Assembly: GCF_044704955.1 (NCBI RefSeq)
Contig: NC_091993.1
Location: 117,056,001 to 117,120,000, forward strand
Source: Pristiophorus japonicus
Lineage: Eukaryota
DNA: 64,000 nucleotides
Direction of reading: 5' to 3'
Below, piece by piece: positions 23,952 to 37,063 of this stretch. The notes under the pieces were generated by a model. The model was not told the origin of the DNA. It did no database searches and saw nothing but the letters and a program-made list of their open reading frames with translations. Within the stretch, counting starts at the first letter, position 1. Every line of letters begins with the position of its first letter. The position numbers were made by a program, and so were the translations under genes.

Positions 23952-25462
23952 GGAACAGTGGGAAGCATTCAAGGAGGAGCTCCAAAAGGTTCAGGCCGAA
24001 TATGTGCCCTTAAAGAAAAAAGCTGGGAAAAATAATTCTAGAGCCCCCTGGATGTCTAGGGACTTACAGGGGATAATTAAGAAAAAAAAGGGATGTCACA
24101 TGTCAAAGGCTAAATACTTTAGAATCTTTAGAGGGATATAGAAAGATAAGAGGTAAAATTAAAAAGGATATTAGGAGTGCTAAGAGAGAGCATGAGAAAT
24201 TCTTGGCCAGTAAAATTAAGGAAAACCCTAAGATGTTCTATAAATATATTAAGATTAAGAGGGTAACTAAGGAAAGGGTAGGGCCTATTAGAGACCATGA
24301 GGGTAATTTTTGTGAGGAGGCGGAAGATGTTGGCAGGATTCTTAACGAATACTTTGCATCTGTTTTCACAAAGGAAAGAGGTAATGCAAATATTGCTATA
24401 GAGGTGGAGTGTGATATTCTGGATGAAATGAATATAGTGAGAGAGGAAATATTAAGGAGTTTAGCAACTTTGTAAGTAGATAAGTCCCCAGGCCCGGATG
24501 AAATGCATCCCAGGTTATTGAGCGAAGTAAAAGAGGAAATAGCAGAGGCCTTGACCATCATTTTCCAGTCCTCTTTGGATATGGGCAGGGTGCCGGAGGA
24601 TTGGAGGACTGCTAATGTAGTACCCTTGTTTAGAAAGGAGAAAGGGATATTCCAAGTAATTACAGGCCTGTCAGCCTAACCTCAGTGGTGGGAAAATTAT
24701 TGGAAAAACTCCTGAAAGATGGGATAAATCTGCATTTGAATAGGCAAGGATTAATTAGGGACAGTCAGCATGGATTTGTTAAGGGAAGATCGTGTTTGAC
24801 TAACCTGATTGAATTTTTTGAGGAGGTAACCAAGAGGAGCAATGAAGGTAGTGGATACGATGTAGTATATATGGACTTTAGGAAGGCTTTCGATAAGGTC
24901 CCGCATGGTAGACTCGTCATGAAGATTAAAGCCCATATGATCTAGGGCAAAGTGGCAAGTTGGATCCAAAATTGGCTCGGAGGTAGGAAGCAAAGGGTAA
25001 TGATTGATGGATGTTTTTGTGACTGGAATGATGTTTCCAGTGGGGTTCCGCAGGGCTCAGTACTGGGTTCCTTGCTTTTTGTGGTATATATCAATGATTT
25101 AGATTTGAATATAGGAAGTATGATTCAGAAGTTTTGCAGACGACACTAAAATTGGCTATGTGGTTGATAATGAAGAGGAAAGTCATGGGCTGCAGGAGGA
25201 TATCAATCTATTGGTCAGGTGGGCAGAGCAGTGGCAAATGGAATTTAATTCAGAGAAGTGTGAGGTGATGCACTTTGGGAGGGTTAATAAGGAAAGGGTA
25301 TACACATTAAGCGGTAGGCCACTTAATAGTGTAGATGAACAAAGGGACCTTGGAGTGCTTGTCCACAGATCCCTGAAAGTAGCAGGCCAGGTGGATAAGG
25401 TGGTTAAGAAGGCATACGGAATGCTTGCCCTTATTGGCCAAGGCATAGAATATAAGAGCAGA

Positions 25463-25719
25463 GATAAATGTACCGTCACCCATTCCGTGTACTGTATAGT
25501 GACATATGTAATGTAATTTGTTGAATGTACTACAATGTATCCCGTATTGTACCGAATTGTACTTGAACTGAAAAGTAAGGAAATGTATCGAATGGAACTG
25601 CCGTCAGCACCCAAATGTAGTGTATGGGATTGCTGACCGCAGCTAAATGTACTGAACTGCTTTTGAATGTACTGTACAAATTTTTATATGAATAAAGTAT
25701 ATTTTGAAATTTAAAAAAA
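25463..25719 (+). mobile_element. Short poly(A)-tailed insertion in the CR1 (3' UTR of another non-LTR element)
   Basis: Interrupts YKSR|EVMLKLY; TGTA-rich; ends AATAAAGTATATTTTGAAATTTAAAAAAA. Confidence 0.6.
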
Positions 25720-27142
25720 GGGAGGTTATGCTTAAATTGTATAATACTTTGGTTAGGCCACAGCTGGAGTACTGCGTGCAGTTCTGGTTGCCGTATTATA
25801 GGAAGGTCGTGATTGCACTAGAGAGGGTGCAGAGGAGATTTACTAAGATGCTGCCTGGAATGGAGAATCTTAGTTATGAGGACAGATTGTATAGGCTAGG
25901 TTTGTTCTCATTGCAACAGAGCAGGTTGAGAGGAGACCTCATCGAGGTGTACAAAATATTGAGGGGCCTAGACATAGTGGATAGTAAGGGTCTATTTCCA
26001 TTGGTGGAGGGGTCTATTATGAGGGGGAACAGTTTTAAAGTGGTTGGTGGAAGGTTTAGAGGGGATTTGAGGGGGGGGGGGGCGAGGAGGTTATGCAGAG
26101 GGTTGTGGGGATCTGGAACTTGCTGCCTGGAAGAGGGGTGGATGCAGAAATCCTCACCACTTTTATGAGATGGTTGGATGGGCACTTAAAGTGCAGCAAC
26201 CTGCAGGGTTCCGGACCTAGAGCTGGTAATTGGGATTAGACTGGATGACCTTTTGTTGGACGGTGCAGGTATGATGGTAAGTACTGTAGGGAATAGAATA
26301 CGGCCAGGGTGATCTCCTGGACTAGTTTCGATCGTCTGGATGGATCGGAGAGGAATTTTCCCAGATTTTTTCTCCCTAAATTGGCCTGGGTTTTTATCTG
26401 TTTTTTGCCTCTCCCAGGAGATCACATGGCTCCAGTTGGGGTGGAGTGTAGATGTTTTTAGTATAATGGGTGTCGCAATGGTGTGGGGCGGACTGGTTGG
26501 GCTGGATGCTCTTTGCCTTTCTGTTATTGTTCATGGGTTTGTATGTAACCTTTAGGGCTGCTGATGAAAGGCTGTGTGGCTCTTTGTCCGCCGGTGCAGA
26601 CACGATGGGCCGAAATGGCCTCCTTCTGCGCTGTAAATTTCTATGTTTCTATGTTTCTAAAAGATCCCAGGGCACTATTTTTCGAAGAAGAGCAGGGGAG
26701 TTATCCTGGTGTTCTGGCCAATATTTTTCCCTCAATCAACATCACAAAAACAGATTGGGCTCAATTTTCCCCAATGCCATTTTTTGGCGTATTTGAAGAG
26801 TTATGCCCGTTTTTTGGGGGCCTGACTACGCCAAAAAAAAAGTCGAAAGTTTTGCCGCTTTAACTTGTGAATGTGGCCCGGCGCACATTGTCCTTAATCT
26901 CTATGGGATTGCGCCAAAAGGATCGGGTTGCCAGGTAACGAGGGACACACTGCGGGCTGAGGCTGGAAAGTGAAACATACAACACTTTCTGGCCAGCTCA
27001 CAGCAACCTGCACAAGAACCTTGCACAATGCAGCTACTTAAGGCAGCAGCTTACCAACATGAAAATATTAAAGAGTCTTTGTGCCAAAGTCTATCCTGTA
27101 AACTGTACAAATTGGAAAGCCCCCCTGCCCCCTGCCCCCACC

Positions 27143-30100
27143 ACCATCCGCCACAGGCCAGGCACAGAAAACTGCACCGATGCTCTCAGTAGGCTGCCAT
27201 TGCCCACCACGGGGGTGGAAATGGCACAGCCCGCAGATCTAGCCATGGTTATGGAAGCATTTGAGAGTGAGCAATCACCCGTCATTGCCCAGCAGATCAA
27301 AACCTGGACAAGCCACGACTCCTTATTATCTCCAGTCAAAAGCTGTGTGCTTCACGGGAGCTGGTCCAGTGTCCCAGTGGAAATGTAGGAAGAGATAAAG
27401 CCGTTCCAGCGGCGCAAAGGTGAAATGTCTGTACAGGCAGACTGCCTTCTGTGGGGCAATCGAGTAGTGGTCCCCAAGAAGGGCAGAGACGCCTTCATCA
27501 ATGACCTCCACAGTACCCACCCAGGCATCATAATGATGAAAGCGATAACCAGATCCCACGTGTGGTGGCCCGGTATCGATGCGGACTTAGAATCCTGTGT
27601 TCACAGATGTAATACATGCTCGCAGTTAAGTACTTCGAGCATTTTAACCTGAGCCCCACGCGGTTGCGTCGACTAAGAACCTCCTCCAGGTTCTGCAGAT
27701 GCTCGACTGTGTCCCGACCTGTGACCAAGATGTCGTCCTGGAAAACCATGGCGTGCGGGACCGACTTCAGTAAGCTTTCCATGTTTCCCTGGAATATCGC
27801 CGTCGCCGATCGGATTCCAAACGGGCATCTGTTATAAACAAAAAGATCTTTGTGCGTGTTGATGCAGGTGAGGGCCTTCGATGATTCCTCCAGTTCCTGA
27901 GTCATGTAGGCTGAAGTCAGATCCAGCCTCGTGAATGTCTTTCCTCCCACCAGCGTTGCAAAGATGTTGTCGGCCTTTGGTAGTGAGTATTGGTCCTGCA
28001 GGGAGAAACGATTGATAGTTACTTTGTAATCGCCACAGATTCTGATGGTGCCATCTCCCTTGAGGACTGGGACAATAGGACTGGCCCAGTCGTTGAACTT
28101 AATCGGGGAAATGATGCCCTCTCTTTGCAGCCGGTCTAGCTTGATCCCTACTCTTTCTCTCATCATGTACGGTACTGCTCTCGCCTTGTGCTGGATGGGT
28201 CGCGCCCCCGGCATTAGGTGGATCTGCACTTTTGCTCCTTGGAATTTCCCGATGCCTGGTTTAAAAAGTGAAGGAAATTTATTTAAGACCTGAGCACACG
28301 AAGTGTCGTCAACAGGCAAAGCGCTCGGATGTCGTTCCAGTTCCAGCGTATCTTTCCCAGTCAGCTCCTGCAGAACAGCGTGGGACCATCGCCCGGTACC
28401 ACCCAGAGTGGTAGCTTGTGCACCGCTCCATTGTAGGAGATCTTTATGGTAGCACTGCCGATTACAGGGATCAGTTCTTTCGTGTAAGTTCTTAGTTTCG
28501 TGCGAACTGGAGTTAAGACTGGCCTTGAGGCCTTGTTGCACCACAACCTTTCGAAAGTCTTTTTGCCCATGATGGACTGGCTCGCGCCCGTGCCCAGCTC
28601 TATTAACACCGGGAGTCCATTTAGTTCAACATTCAACATTATCAAGGGACAATCTGTGGTGAATGTGTGCACTCCATGTACCTCTGCCTCTTCGATCTGA
28701 GACTCTGGTTCGTTGTGATCCTCCGTAGATCTGTCCTCCTCTGCAACATGGTGGTTTGCTGGTTTAACAGGCTTTGCAGCTCACCTGCACACTCGTTGGA
28801 GGTATCTTATTGTTCCACAGCCCTTAAAACGTATTCTTTGAATCAGCATGAATGGAATCGATGATCACCCGCGCAGCACCAACGAGGTGTTAATGGCCTT
28901 GCATTTATCACCCTTGATGGTGGACTCTGAGACATCTGCGGACGTGTAGCTGCAGGTATGTGTGATCTGCCCTGTACGTTACGATTTGAAAGCAACATCA
29001 CTTTGTTCACAGCACTTATAGCAGCACTTGTGTGCTACGAGATTTGCTTCGTCTTGTCACTGGTGACAACGAACGCCTGGGCTATCGCTATGGCCTTACT
29101 CAAGGTTGGGGTCTCTACAGTCAAAAGTTTGCGAAGTATGGTTTCATGGCCAATGCCAAGTACGAAAAAGTCTCTGAGCATGTGCTCCAAATGTCCTTCA
29201 AATTCGCAATGTCCTGCAAGGTGTCTTAGCTCGGCGACATAACTCGCCACTTCCTGGCCTTCAGACTTTTTGTAGGTGTAGAACCGGTATCTCGCCATCA
29301 GAACGCTTTCCTTTGGGTTCCAATGCTCTCGGACCAGTGTGCACAAATCGTCGTACAATTTCCCCGTGGGTTTTGCAGGAGTGAGCAGATACTTCATGAG
29401 GCCATACGTTGGTGCCCCACAGATGCTGAGGAGGATCACCCTTCGTTTGGCAGTGCTCTCTTCCCCATCTAGCTCATTGGCCACGAAGTATTGGTCGAGT
29501 CGCTCCACAAAAGTTTCCCAATCATCTCCCTCCGAGAATTTCTCCAGGATGCCCACTGTTCTCTGCATCTTTGGGTTTGCAATTTGTATCTCGTCGCCAG
29601 TTGTTGTGTATGGAGAAAGAGTCAGACTGAACACTGTGAGCTCAAAGTAAAGTGTGACTTTAGACTTTTATTGCAGGTCTCCAGAGTGCCACTCCAACCT
29701 GTGAAGCCTCCTTAAATTCATGTGCTCCCAAGGGATTATGGGATCCCTTGGGACTCCAGGGGATGAGCCCTCTGGTGGCTGTACAGAGTAAATACAAGTT
29801 TACAAATATAACAGTTATGCTCAAACAAATTGCTTGTGTTGTATGATCCAAATAAGCGTTTGGTACTAGTATGTGATTCATCGTCCTATGGCGTCGGGTA
29901 TGTATTGCAACAAGCTAATGATTTCGGGAAATTGCTTATGCATCCAGGAGTCTGCCTAAGGCTGAGAGAGCCTACAGCATGTTTGAAAAAGAAGCGTTAG
30001 TGTGTGTCTATGGAAATGCATCAATATCTGTTTGGGTTAAAATTCGAATTGTTAACTGACCATAAGCCACTCATATCCCTGTTTTCCGAGAGTATAAGGG

Positions 30101-33100
30101 GATGAATACTAATGCATCGGTCCGCATCCAGAGATGTGCGCTTATGTTGTCCGCATACAACTACGCCATCTGCCACAGGCCAGGCACAGAAAACTGCGCC
30201 GATGCTCTCAGTAGGCTGCCATTGTCCACCACGGAGGTGGAAATGGCGCAGCCCGCAGATTTAGTCTTGGTTATGGAAGCATTTGAGAGTGAGCAATCAC
30301 CTGTCACAGCCCAGCAGATTAAAACCTGGATGAGCCAGGACCCCTTATTGTCCCTAGTCAAAAACTGTGTGCTTCACGGGAGCTGATCCAGTGTCCCAGT
30401 GGAAATGCAGGAAGAGATAAAGCCGTTCCAGCGGCGCAAAGATGAAATGTCTATACAGGCAGACTGCGTTCTGTGGGGAAATCGAGTAGTGGTTCCAAAG
30501 AAGGGGAGAGACACCTTCATCAGTGACCTCCACAGCACCCACCCAGGCATCGTAATGATGAAAGTGATAGCCAGATCCCACATGTGGTGGCCCGGTATCG
30601 ATGCGGACTTAGAGTCCTGCGTGCAGAGATGTAACACATGCTTGCAGTGAAGTAATGCACCCAGGGAGACGCCACTAAGTTTATGGTCTTGGCCCTCCAA
30701 ACTGTGGTCTTGGGTCCATGTCGACTATGCAGGCCCGTTCTTGAGTAAAATGTTCCTTGTGGTTGTAGATGCATACTCCAAATGGATTGAATGTGAGATA
30801 ATGTCGGCAAGCACGTCCGCTGCCACCACTGAAAGCCTGCGAGCTATGTTTGCCACGCACGGGCTACCTGAGTTCAACGAATTCATGACCCGCAACGGGA
30901 TCAAACATGTCACATCTGCCCCGTTTAAACCAGCGTCCAATGGTCAGGCAGAGAGAGCAGTGCAAACCATCAAGCAGGGCTTGAAGAGGGAAACGGAAGG
31001 CTCACTGCAGACTCGCCTATCCCGAGTCCTGCTTAGCTACTGCACGAGACCCCACTCACTCAGTGGGATCCCACCTGCTGAACTAATCATGAAAAGGGCA
31101 CTTAACACAAGGCTCTCATTAGTTCACCCTGATCTAGATGAACAGGTACAGAGCAGGCAGCTTCAACAAAGTACATACCATGACAGTGCAAATGAGTCAC
31201 GCGAGATTAAAATCAATGATCCTCTATTTGTATTGAATTATGGATAAGGTCCCAAGTGGCTTCCCGGCACTGTTGTGGCCAAAGAAAGGATCAGGGTGTT
31301 TTGGGTCAAACTTTCAAATGGACTCATTCACCGCAAACACTTGGACCAAATCAAACTCAGTTTTACGGACTATCCTGGGCAACCCACTTTGGACCCTGCC
31401 TTCTTTGACCCCCCCAACACACACACCAGTGGCAACTGACACAGCGGTTGGTCATGAAGCAGAACCCATCGTCCACAACAGCCCAGCAGGACTCACCACA
31501 CCAGGCAGCCCAGCAAGGCCAGTTACACAGCACCCCAGCGAGGGCCCAACAGATGATTCACCTACACCAGCATTTTCCTGCTTAGCTACTGCACGAGACC
31601 CCACTCGATCAGTGGGATCCCACCTGCTGAACTGCTCATGAAAAGGGCACTTAACACAAGGCTCTCATTAGTTCACCCTGATCTAGATGAACAGGTACAG
31701 AGCAGGCGGCTTCAACAAAGTACATATCATTACAGTGCAAATGTGTCACGCGAGATTAAAATCAATGATCCTATATTTGTATTGAATTATGGATAAGGTC
31801 CCAAGTGGCAGATGATTCACCTACACCAGCATGTAACATACTGTTCTAAGAAACAATCCCGTATGCATTCTATGAATTCCTCCTCCAGGCTACCCCGTGC
31901 GATGACCTGGAAGAGGGGACAGAGTGTAGTGTAACAAAATTTGCAGATGACACAAAGATTAGTGGGAAAGCGTATTGTGTAGAGGACACAGAGAGGCTGC
32001 AAAGAGATTTAGATAGGTTAAGCGAATGGGCTAAGGTTTGGCAGATGGAATACAATGTCGGAAAGTGTGAGGTCATCCACCTTGAGAAAAAAAACAGTAA
32101 AAGGGAATATTATTTGAATGGGGAGAAATTACAACATGCTGAGGTGCAGAGGGACCTGGGGGTCCTTGTGCATGAATCCCAAAAAGTTTGTTTGCAGGTG
32201 CAGCAGGTAATCAGGAAGGCGAATGGAATGTTGGCCTTCATTGCGAGAGGGATGGAGTACAAAAGCAGGGAGGTCCTGCTGCAACTTTATAGGGTATTGG
32301 TAAGGCCGCACCTGGAGTACTGCGTGCAGTTTTGGTCACCTTACTTAAGGAAGGCTTTGGAGGGGGTACAGAGACAATTCACTAGGCTTATTCCGGAGAT
32401 GAGGGGGTTACCTTATGATGATAGATTGAGTAGACTGGGTCTTTACTCGTTGGAGTTCAGAAGGATGAGAGGTGATCTTATAGAAACATTTAAAATAATG
32501 AAAGGGATAGACAAGATAGAGGCGGAGAGGTTGTTTCCACTGGTCGGGGAGACTAGAATTAGGGGCACAGCCTCAAAATACGGGGGAGCCAATTTAAAAC
32601 CGAGTTGAGAAGGAATTTCTTCTCCCGGAGGGTTGTGAATTTGTGGAATTCTCTGCCCAAGGAAGCAGTTGAGGCTAGCTCATTGAATGTATTCAAGTCA
32701 CAGATAGATAGATTTTTAACCAATAAGGGAATTAAGGGTTACGGGGAGCGGGCGGGTAAGTGGAGCCGAGTCCACGGCCAGATAGCCATGATCTTATTGA
32801 ATGGCGGAGCAGGCTCGAGGGGCTAGATGGCCTCCTCCTGTTCTTAATTCTTATGTTCTTATGTTCTTATGTTCCCCGAGACGATCAACCAGACCAAGAA
32901 GGGCCCCAGGTCGACTCACCTTGTAAATAGTTACACTTTTGACTTTGGGGGTGAGTGTTGTTATATATATAAACTTGTATATACTCTGTACAGCCACCAG
33001 AGGACTCATCCCCTGTAGTCCCAAGGGATCCCATACTCTCTTGGGAACACAGGTATTTAAGGAGGCTTCACAGGTTGGAGTGGCACTCTGGAGACCTGCA

Positions 33101-33170
33101 ATAAAAGCCTAAGGTCACACTTTACTTTGAGCTCACAGTGTTCAGTTTGACTCTTTCTTCATATATCACA
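27143..33170. mobile_element. Rearranged Gypsy complex: plus-strand RH/IN piece, minus-strand LTR-PBS-gag-PR-RT, plus-strand RH-IN-PPT-LTR
   Basis: Minus LTR 29602-29813 with PBS, gag 29035-29574, RT FQDD; plus LTR 32959-33170 after GGGGGTGAG PPT; strand switches at about 27630 and 29813. Confidence 0.88.
31833..32875 (+). mobile_element. CR1 LINE, 5'-truncated with an inverted 5' segment
   Basis: KFADDTK..YNVGKCEVIH..RPHLEYCVQFWSP; (TTCTTATG)n tail; 31833-31900 is antisense endonuclease-region sequence. Confidence 0.9.
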
Positions 33171-33367
33171 GAAACCATTTCCTGCTCTTCTCAAAATGAA
33201 TAGTGGTCATCCTCACTTAATGAGCCTGGAACTAGTCAATTGACCCTCATTGTCTCAGGTTAAAGTAGACTATGACCGACTACATTCCACAAACTGACTA
33301 ATCAAGCTTTAATATATATCTGCGATGCCTGGCCCCTGAGCAGACGAACTGTAAGTTCCAGTAACTT

Positions 33368-33955
33368 CTTTTTTATTCGTTCATGGGATGTGGGTGTCAC
33401 TGGCGAGGCTGGCATTTATTGCCCATCCCGGATTGCCCCTTGAGAAGGTGATGGTGAGCCACCTTCTTGAACCGCTGCAGTCCGTGTGGTGAAGGTGCTC
33501 CCACAGTGCTGTTAGGGAGGGAGTTCCAGGATTTTGACCCAGCGACGATGAAGGAACGGTGATATACTTCCAAGTCAGGATGGTGTGTAACTTGGAGGGG
33601 AAGGTGGAGGTGGTGGTGCTCCCATGCTCCTGCTGCCCTTGTCCTTCTAGGTGGTAAAGGTCATGTGTTTGGGAGGTGCTGTTGAAGAAGCCTTGGTGAG
33701 TTGCTGCAGTGCATCTTGTAGACGGTACACACTGCAGCCACGGTGCAGCGGTGGTGGAGGGAGTGAATGTTTAAGGTGGTGGATGGGGTGCCAATCAAGC
33801 GGGCTGCTTTGTCCTGGATGATGTCGAGCTTCATGAGTGTTGTTGGAGCTGCACTCATCCAGGCAAGTGGAGAGTATTCCATCACACTACTGACTTGTGT
33901 CTTGTAGATGATGGAAAGGCTTTGGGGAGTCAGAAGGTGAGACACTCGCTGTAGA
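33368..33955 (-). mobile_element. CR1/L2-group LINE 3' fragment (family also at about 34420-34715, 46851-47190, 48330-48790, 56250-56520)
   Basis: YKTQVSSVMEYSPLAWMSAAPTTLMKLDIIQDKAARLI; shared 3' end ..CATCCCATGAACGAATAAAAAA. Confidence 0.75.
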
Positions 33956-34015
33956 AAGACTTAAACCTGCAGATGCTTAAACCTGTGCAAAATAACTTTG
34001 TTTTAAAATGCAATA

Positions 34016-34361
34016 CAGGTTGAACCTCCCTTATCCGGAACCCTCGGGACCTGGCCTGTTCTGGAAAAGGGATTTTTCTGGACGAGGGGTGATCACGTTA
34101 AATTGGATGGTACAGGTACTGAGCAAGGGGATATCGGGGCTGGCTGGCTTGGGACTGGGAGTGCGGCAGAGAGATCATGGGGGGGTGGTGGGGTGTGGTA
34201 GATCGCGGGGTCAGGCCAGCGATTGTGCGATTCGACAGCGAAGAAGGACTTCAATTTGTACATGTTTGAATTCTGCGCATGTGTCACCTGGTGGCCGGGA
34301 ATGGTTCTGGACGAGGGGTGGTTCTGGATAAGGGAGCTCTGGATAAGGGACGCTCAACCTG
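34016..34361. mobile_element. Tc1/mariner (Tigger-like) MITE
   Basis: TIRs CAGGTTGAACCTCCCTTATCC / CAGGTTGAGCGTCCCTTATCC with TA target duplication. Confidence 0.85.
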
Positions 34362-34714
34362 TACTCAAATATAATTAATTCCCAAATCTATTCCGCAAGA
34401 AAGAAACCTGCTGGGCTGGGTAAATATTGAGTCCCATGACGCAGGCACTGATGAAGCGGACTGCTCTGTCCTGGACGGCATCGAGCTTCTTTGTTGTTGT
34501 TGGGGCTGCATTCACCCAGGCAAGCTGTGAGTATTCCAACAATTGAGCCCTGTAGATGGCGGAGGGACTTTGATGGGTCAGGAAATGATTCACTTGTCGC
34601 AGCATCCGGTCTGTTTTAGTAGCAACAGTCCAGTTAAGCCTCTAGTCAAAGGTAACGCCCAAGATGTTGATGGTCGGGCACTTGGCACTGTTGGTGCCAT
34701 TGTAAGTCATGGGG

Positions 34715-36235
34715 TGTGGAAGTGGCCCTAGAAATAGTAGATGCATTGGTGGTCATTTTCCAAAATTCCATGGACTCTGGATCAGTTCCTATGGATTGGA
34801 GGGTAGCTAATGTAACCCCACTTTTTAAAAAAGGAGGGAGAGAGAAAACAGGGAATTACAGACCAGTTAGCTTGACATCAGTGGTGGGGAAAATGCTGGA
34901 ATCAATTTGTAAAGATGTAATAGCAGAACATTTGGAAAGCAGTGAAAGGATCGGTCCAAGTCAGCATGGATTTATGATATGGAAATCATGCTTGACAAAT
35001 CTTCTATAGTTTTTTGAGGATGTAACTAGTAGAGTGGATAAGGGAGAACCAGTGGATGTGGTGTATTTGTATTTTCAAAAGGCTTTTGACAAGGTCCCAC
35101 ACAAGAGATTAGTGTGTAAAATTAAGGCACATGGTATTGGGTATAATGTATTGACATGGATGGAGAACTGGTTGGCAGACAGGAAGCAGAGAGTGGGAAT
35201 AAACGGGTCCTTTTCAGAATGGCAGGCAGTGACTAGTGGGGTGCCGCAAAGTTCAGTGCTGAGACCCCAGCTATTTACAATATACGTTAATGATTTAGAC
35301 GAAGGAATTGAATGTAATATCGCCAAGTTTGCAGATGAACTAAGCTGGGTGGCAGTGTGAGCTGTGAGGAGGATGCTAAGAGGCTGCAGGGTGACTTGGA
35401 CAGGTTAGGTGAGTGGGCAAATGCATGGCAGATGCAGTATAATGTGGATAAATGTGAGGTTATCCACTTTGGTGGCAAAAACAGGAAGGCAGATTATTAT
35501 CTGAATGGTGCACCCAGGTGCAGCGAGAATGGGTGTCATGGTACATCAATCACTGGAGGTGGGCATGCAGGTACAGCAGGCAGTAAGGGGGGGCAGGTGG
35601 CAAGCTGACCTTCGTAGCGAGAGGATTTGAGTGTAGGAGCGTGGAGGTCTTGCTGCAGTTGTGTGGGGCCTTGGTGGGACCACGCCTTGAGTGTTGTGTG
35701 CAGTTTTGGTCTCGAAGGACGTGCTTGCTATTGGGGGATTGCAGTGGGGGTTTGCCAGACTGATTCCCGGGATGGCAGGACTGACATATGAACAGGTACT
35801 GGATCGGTTGGGCTTGTGCTCACTGGAGTTTGGAGGAATGGGAGGGGATCGCATGGAAACATATAGAATTGTGACGGGACTGGACAGGTTGGATGCGGAA
35901 AGAATGTTCCCAATGTTGGGGAGGTGCGGAACCAGAGGTCACGATCTAGGGCTGGGGGGGTGGGCCATTTGGGACCGGGATGAGAAGAAACTTTTTCACC
36001 CAGACAGTGGTGGGCCTGTGGAGTTCTCCACCACAGAGAATTGTTGAGTCTGGTTCATTGGATGTGTTCAAGAGGGAGTTAGATGTGGCCCTTACGGCTA
36101 AGAGGATCAGGGGGTATGGAGAGAGGGCGGGAGTGGGGTACTGAGGTTGCATGATTGGCCATGATCGTGTTGGGTGGCGGTGCAGGCTCGGGGGGCCGAA
36201 TGGCCTGCTCCTGCACCTATTTTCTATGTTTCTAG
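34715..36235 (+). mobile_element. CR1 LINE RT region with an A>G-hypermutated 3' half
   Basis: NYRPVSLTS, QHGF, KAFDKVPH, GVPQ, KFAD; G-enriched 3' half relative to the sister copy at 60334-60865. Confidence 0.9.
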
Positions 36236-36476
36236 GTCCATGCAGCAGAGCAGGTCTCCAGTCATGCTAGTTAACCCTTGCCACTGGATAAAGGCCTCGC
36301 TCTGTCGAGCCTGTGTGGTGACTGATGTGCAAAAAAATCCACAACACACAGGCATCTTCCACCCCCTCAATTGGAGTTCAGGACTGGAACATCGGGTCCT
36401 CCATTGAAACATCTGTGAATTCTTGTGGAAGCAAGTCATCCTCGTTCGAGGGACCGCCTGTGATGATGATGATGAA
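36236..36476 (+). mobile_element. Short RTE-tailed SINE-like repeat (also about 49987-50345 minus, 50845-51065 plus)
   Basis: Shared GTTAACCCTTGCCACTGG..GTGGAAGCAAGTCATCCTCG..(ATG)n end. Confidence 0.6.
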
Positions 36477-37063
36477 TAGAGTCCCCCCCCCCCCAGTGGA
36501 CTACTGTGGTAATGCAACTACTGATGTAAATACAGTAAAATGGTCATGATAACAGTTTGGAGCCATCTTGTAGAGTGTGTTTGTTAGTGATGTCGTAAGA
36601 ATATATCACAGGAAGGGGTAGTTGTGCTTATCACATTGCCTGGCACTTATGTAGTGGAGACATTACCAGGCACTTGTTGTCCAGGTCATGCTGTAGGCTG
36701 GCATGGGCCGTTTCATTATTGGAGGAATTGTGAATGGAGTTAGGCACTGTAGCACACAGTAATCATTTTTTCTCTGCTTGTATATTAATAGTCTGTCAAC
36801 CATTTTTGGTTTTACTGAGCTGGAACAACAGCCATGTTGATACTGTGCACAGAATAAGTAAATATGTGCCATGAGTGATATCTATTGTTAGACTAAAAGT
36901 ACACTTGATCAAAAAAATATGTTGGGTCAACAAGTTGAGTGTTGGACCAGAATGGTAGTCAGGGTCGTGCCTTATTCTACAGCAGAGGTCCAGTGAAGTG
37001 TCAATAATTAAAAGTTTATCCCTTCAAAGTTCAAACATCAATTTTAATATGGATGCGTTTCGT

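Larger units (their letters stand above)
18417..26330 (+). mobile_element. Long CR1 LINE (ORF1 esterase end, APE endonuclease, RT), interrupted by a Gypsy element and a small insertion
   Basis: RWDLYKSDGLHLN (SGNH-like ORF1), NARSIVNK..IAITETW, SDHN, QHGF, DFRKAFDKVPH, GVPQGSVLG; frame KSMLE|QWEAFKEE is continuous across the Gypsy. Confidence 0.92.
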
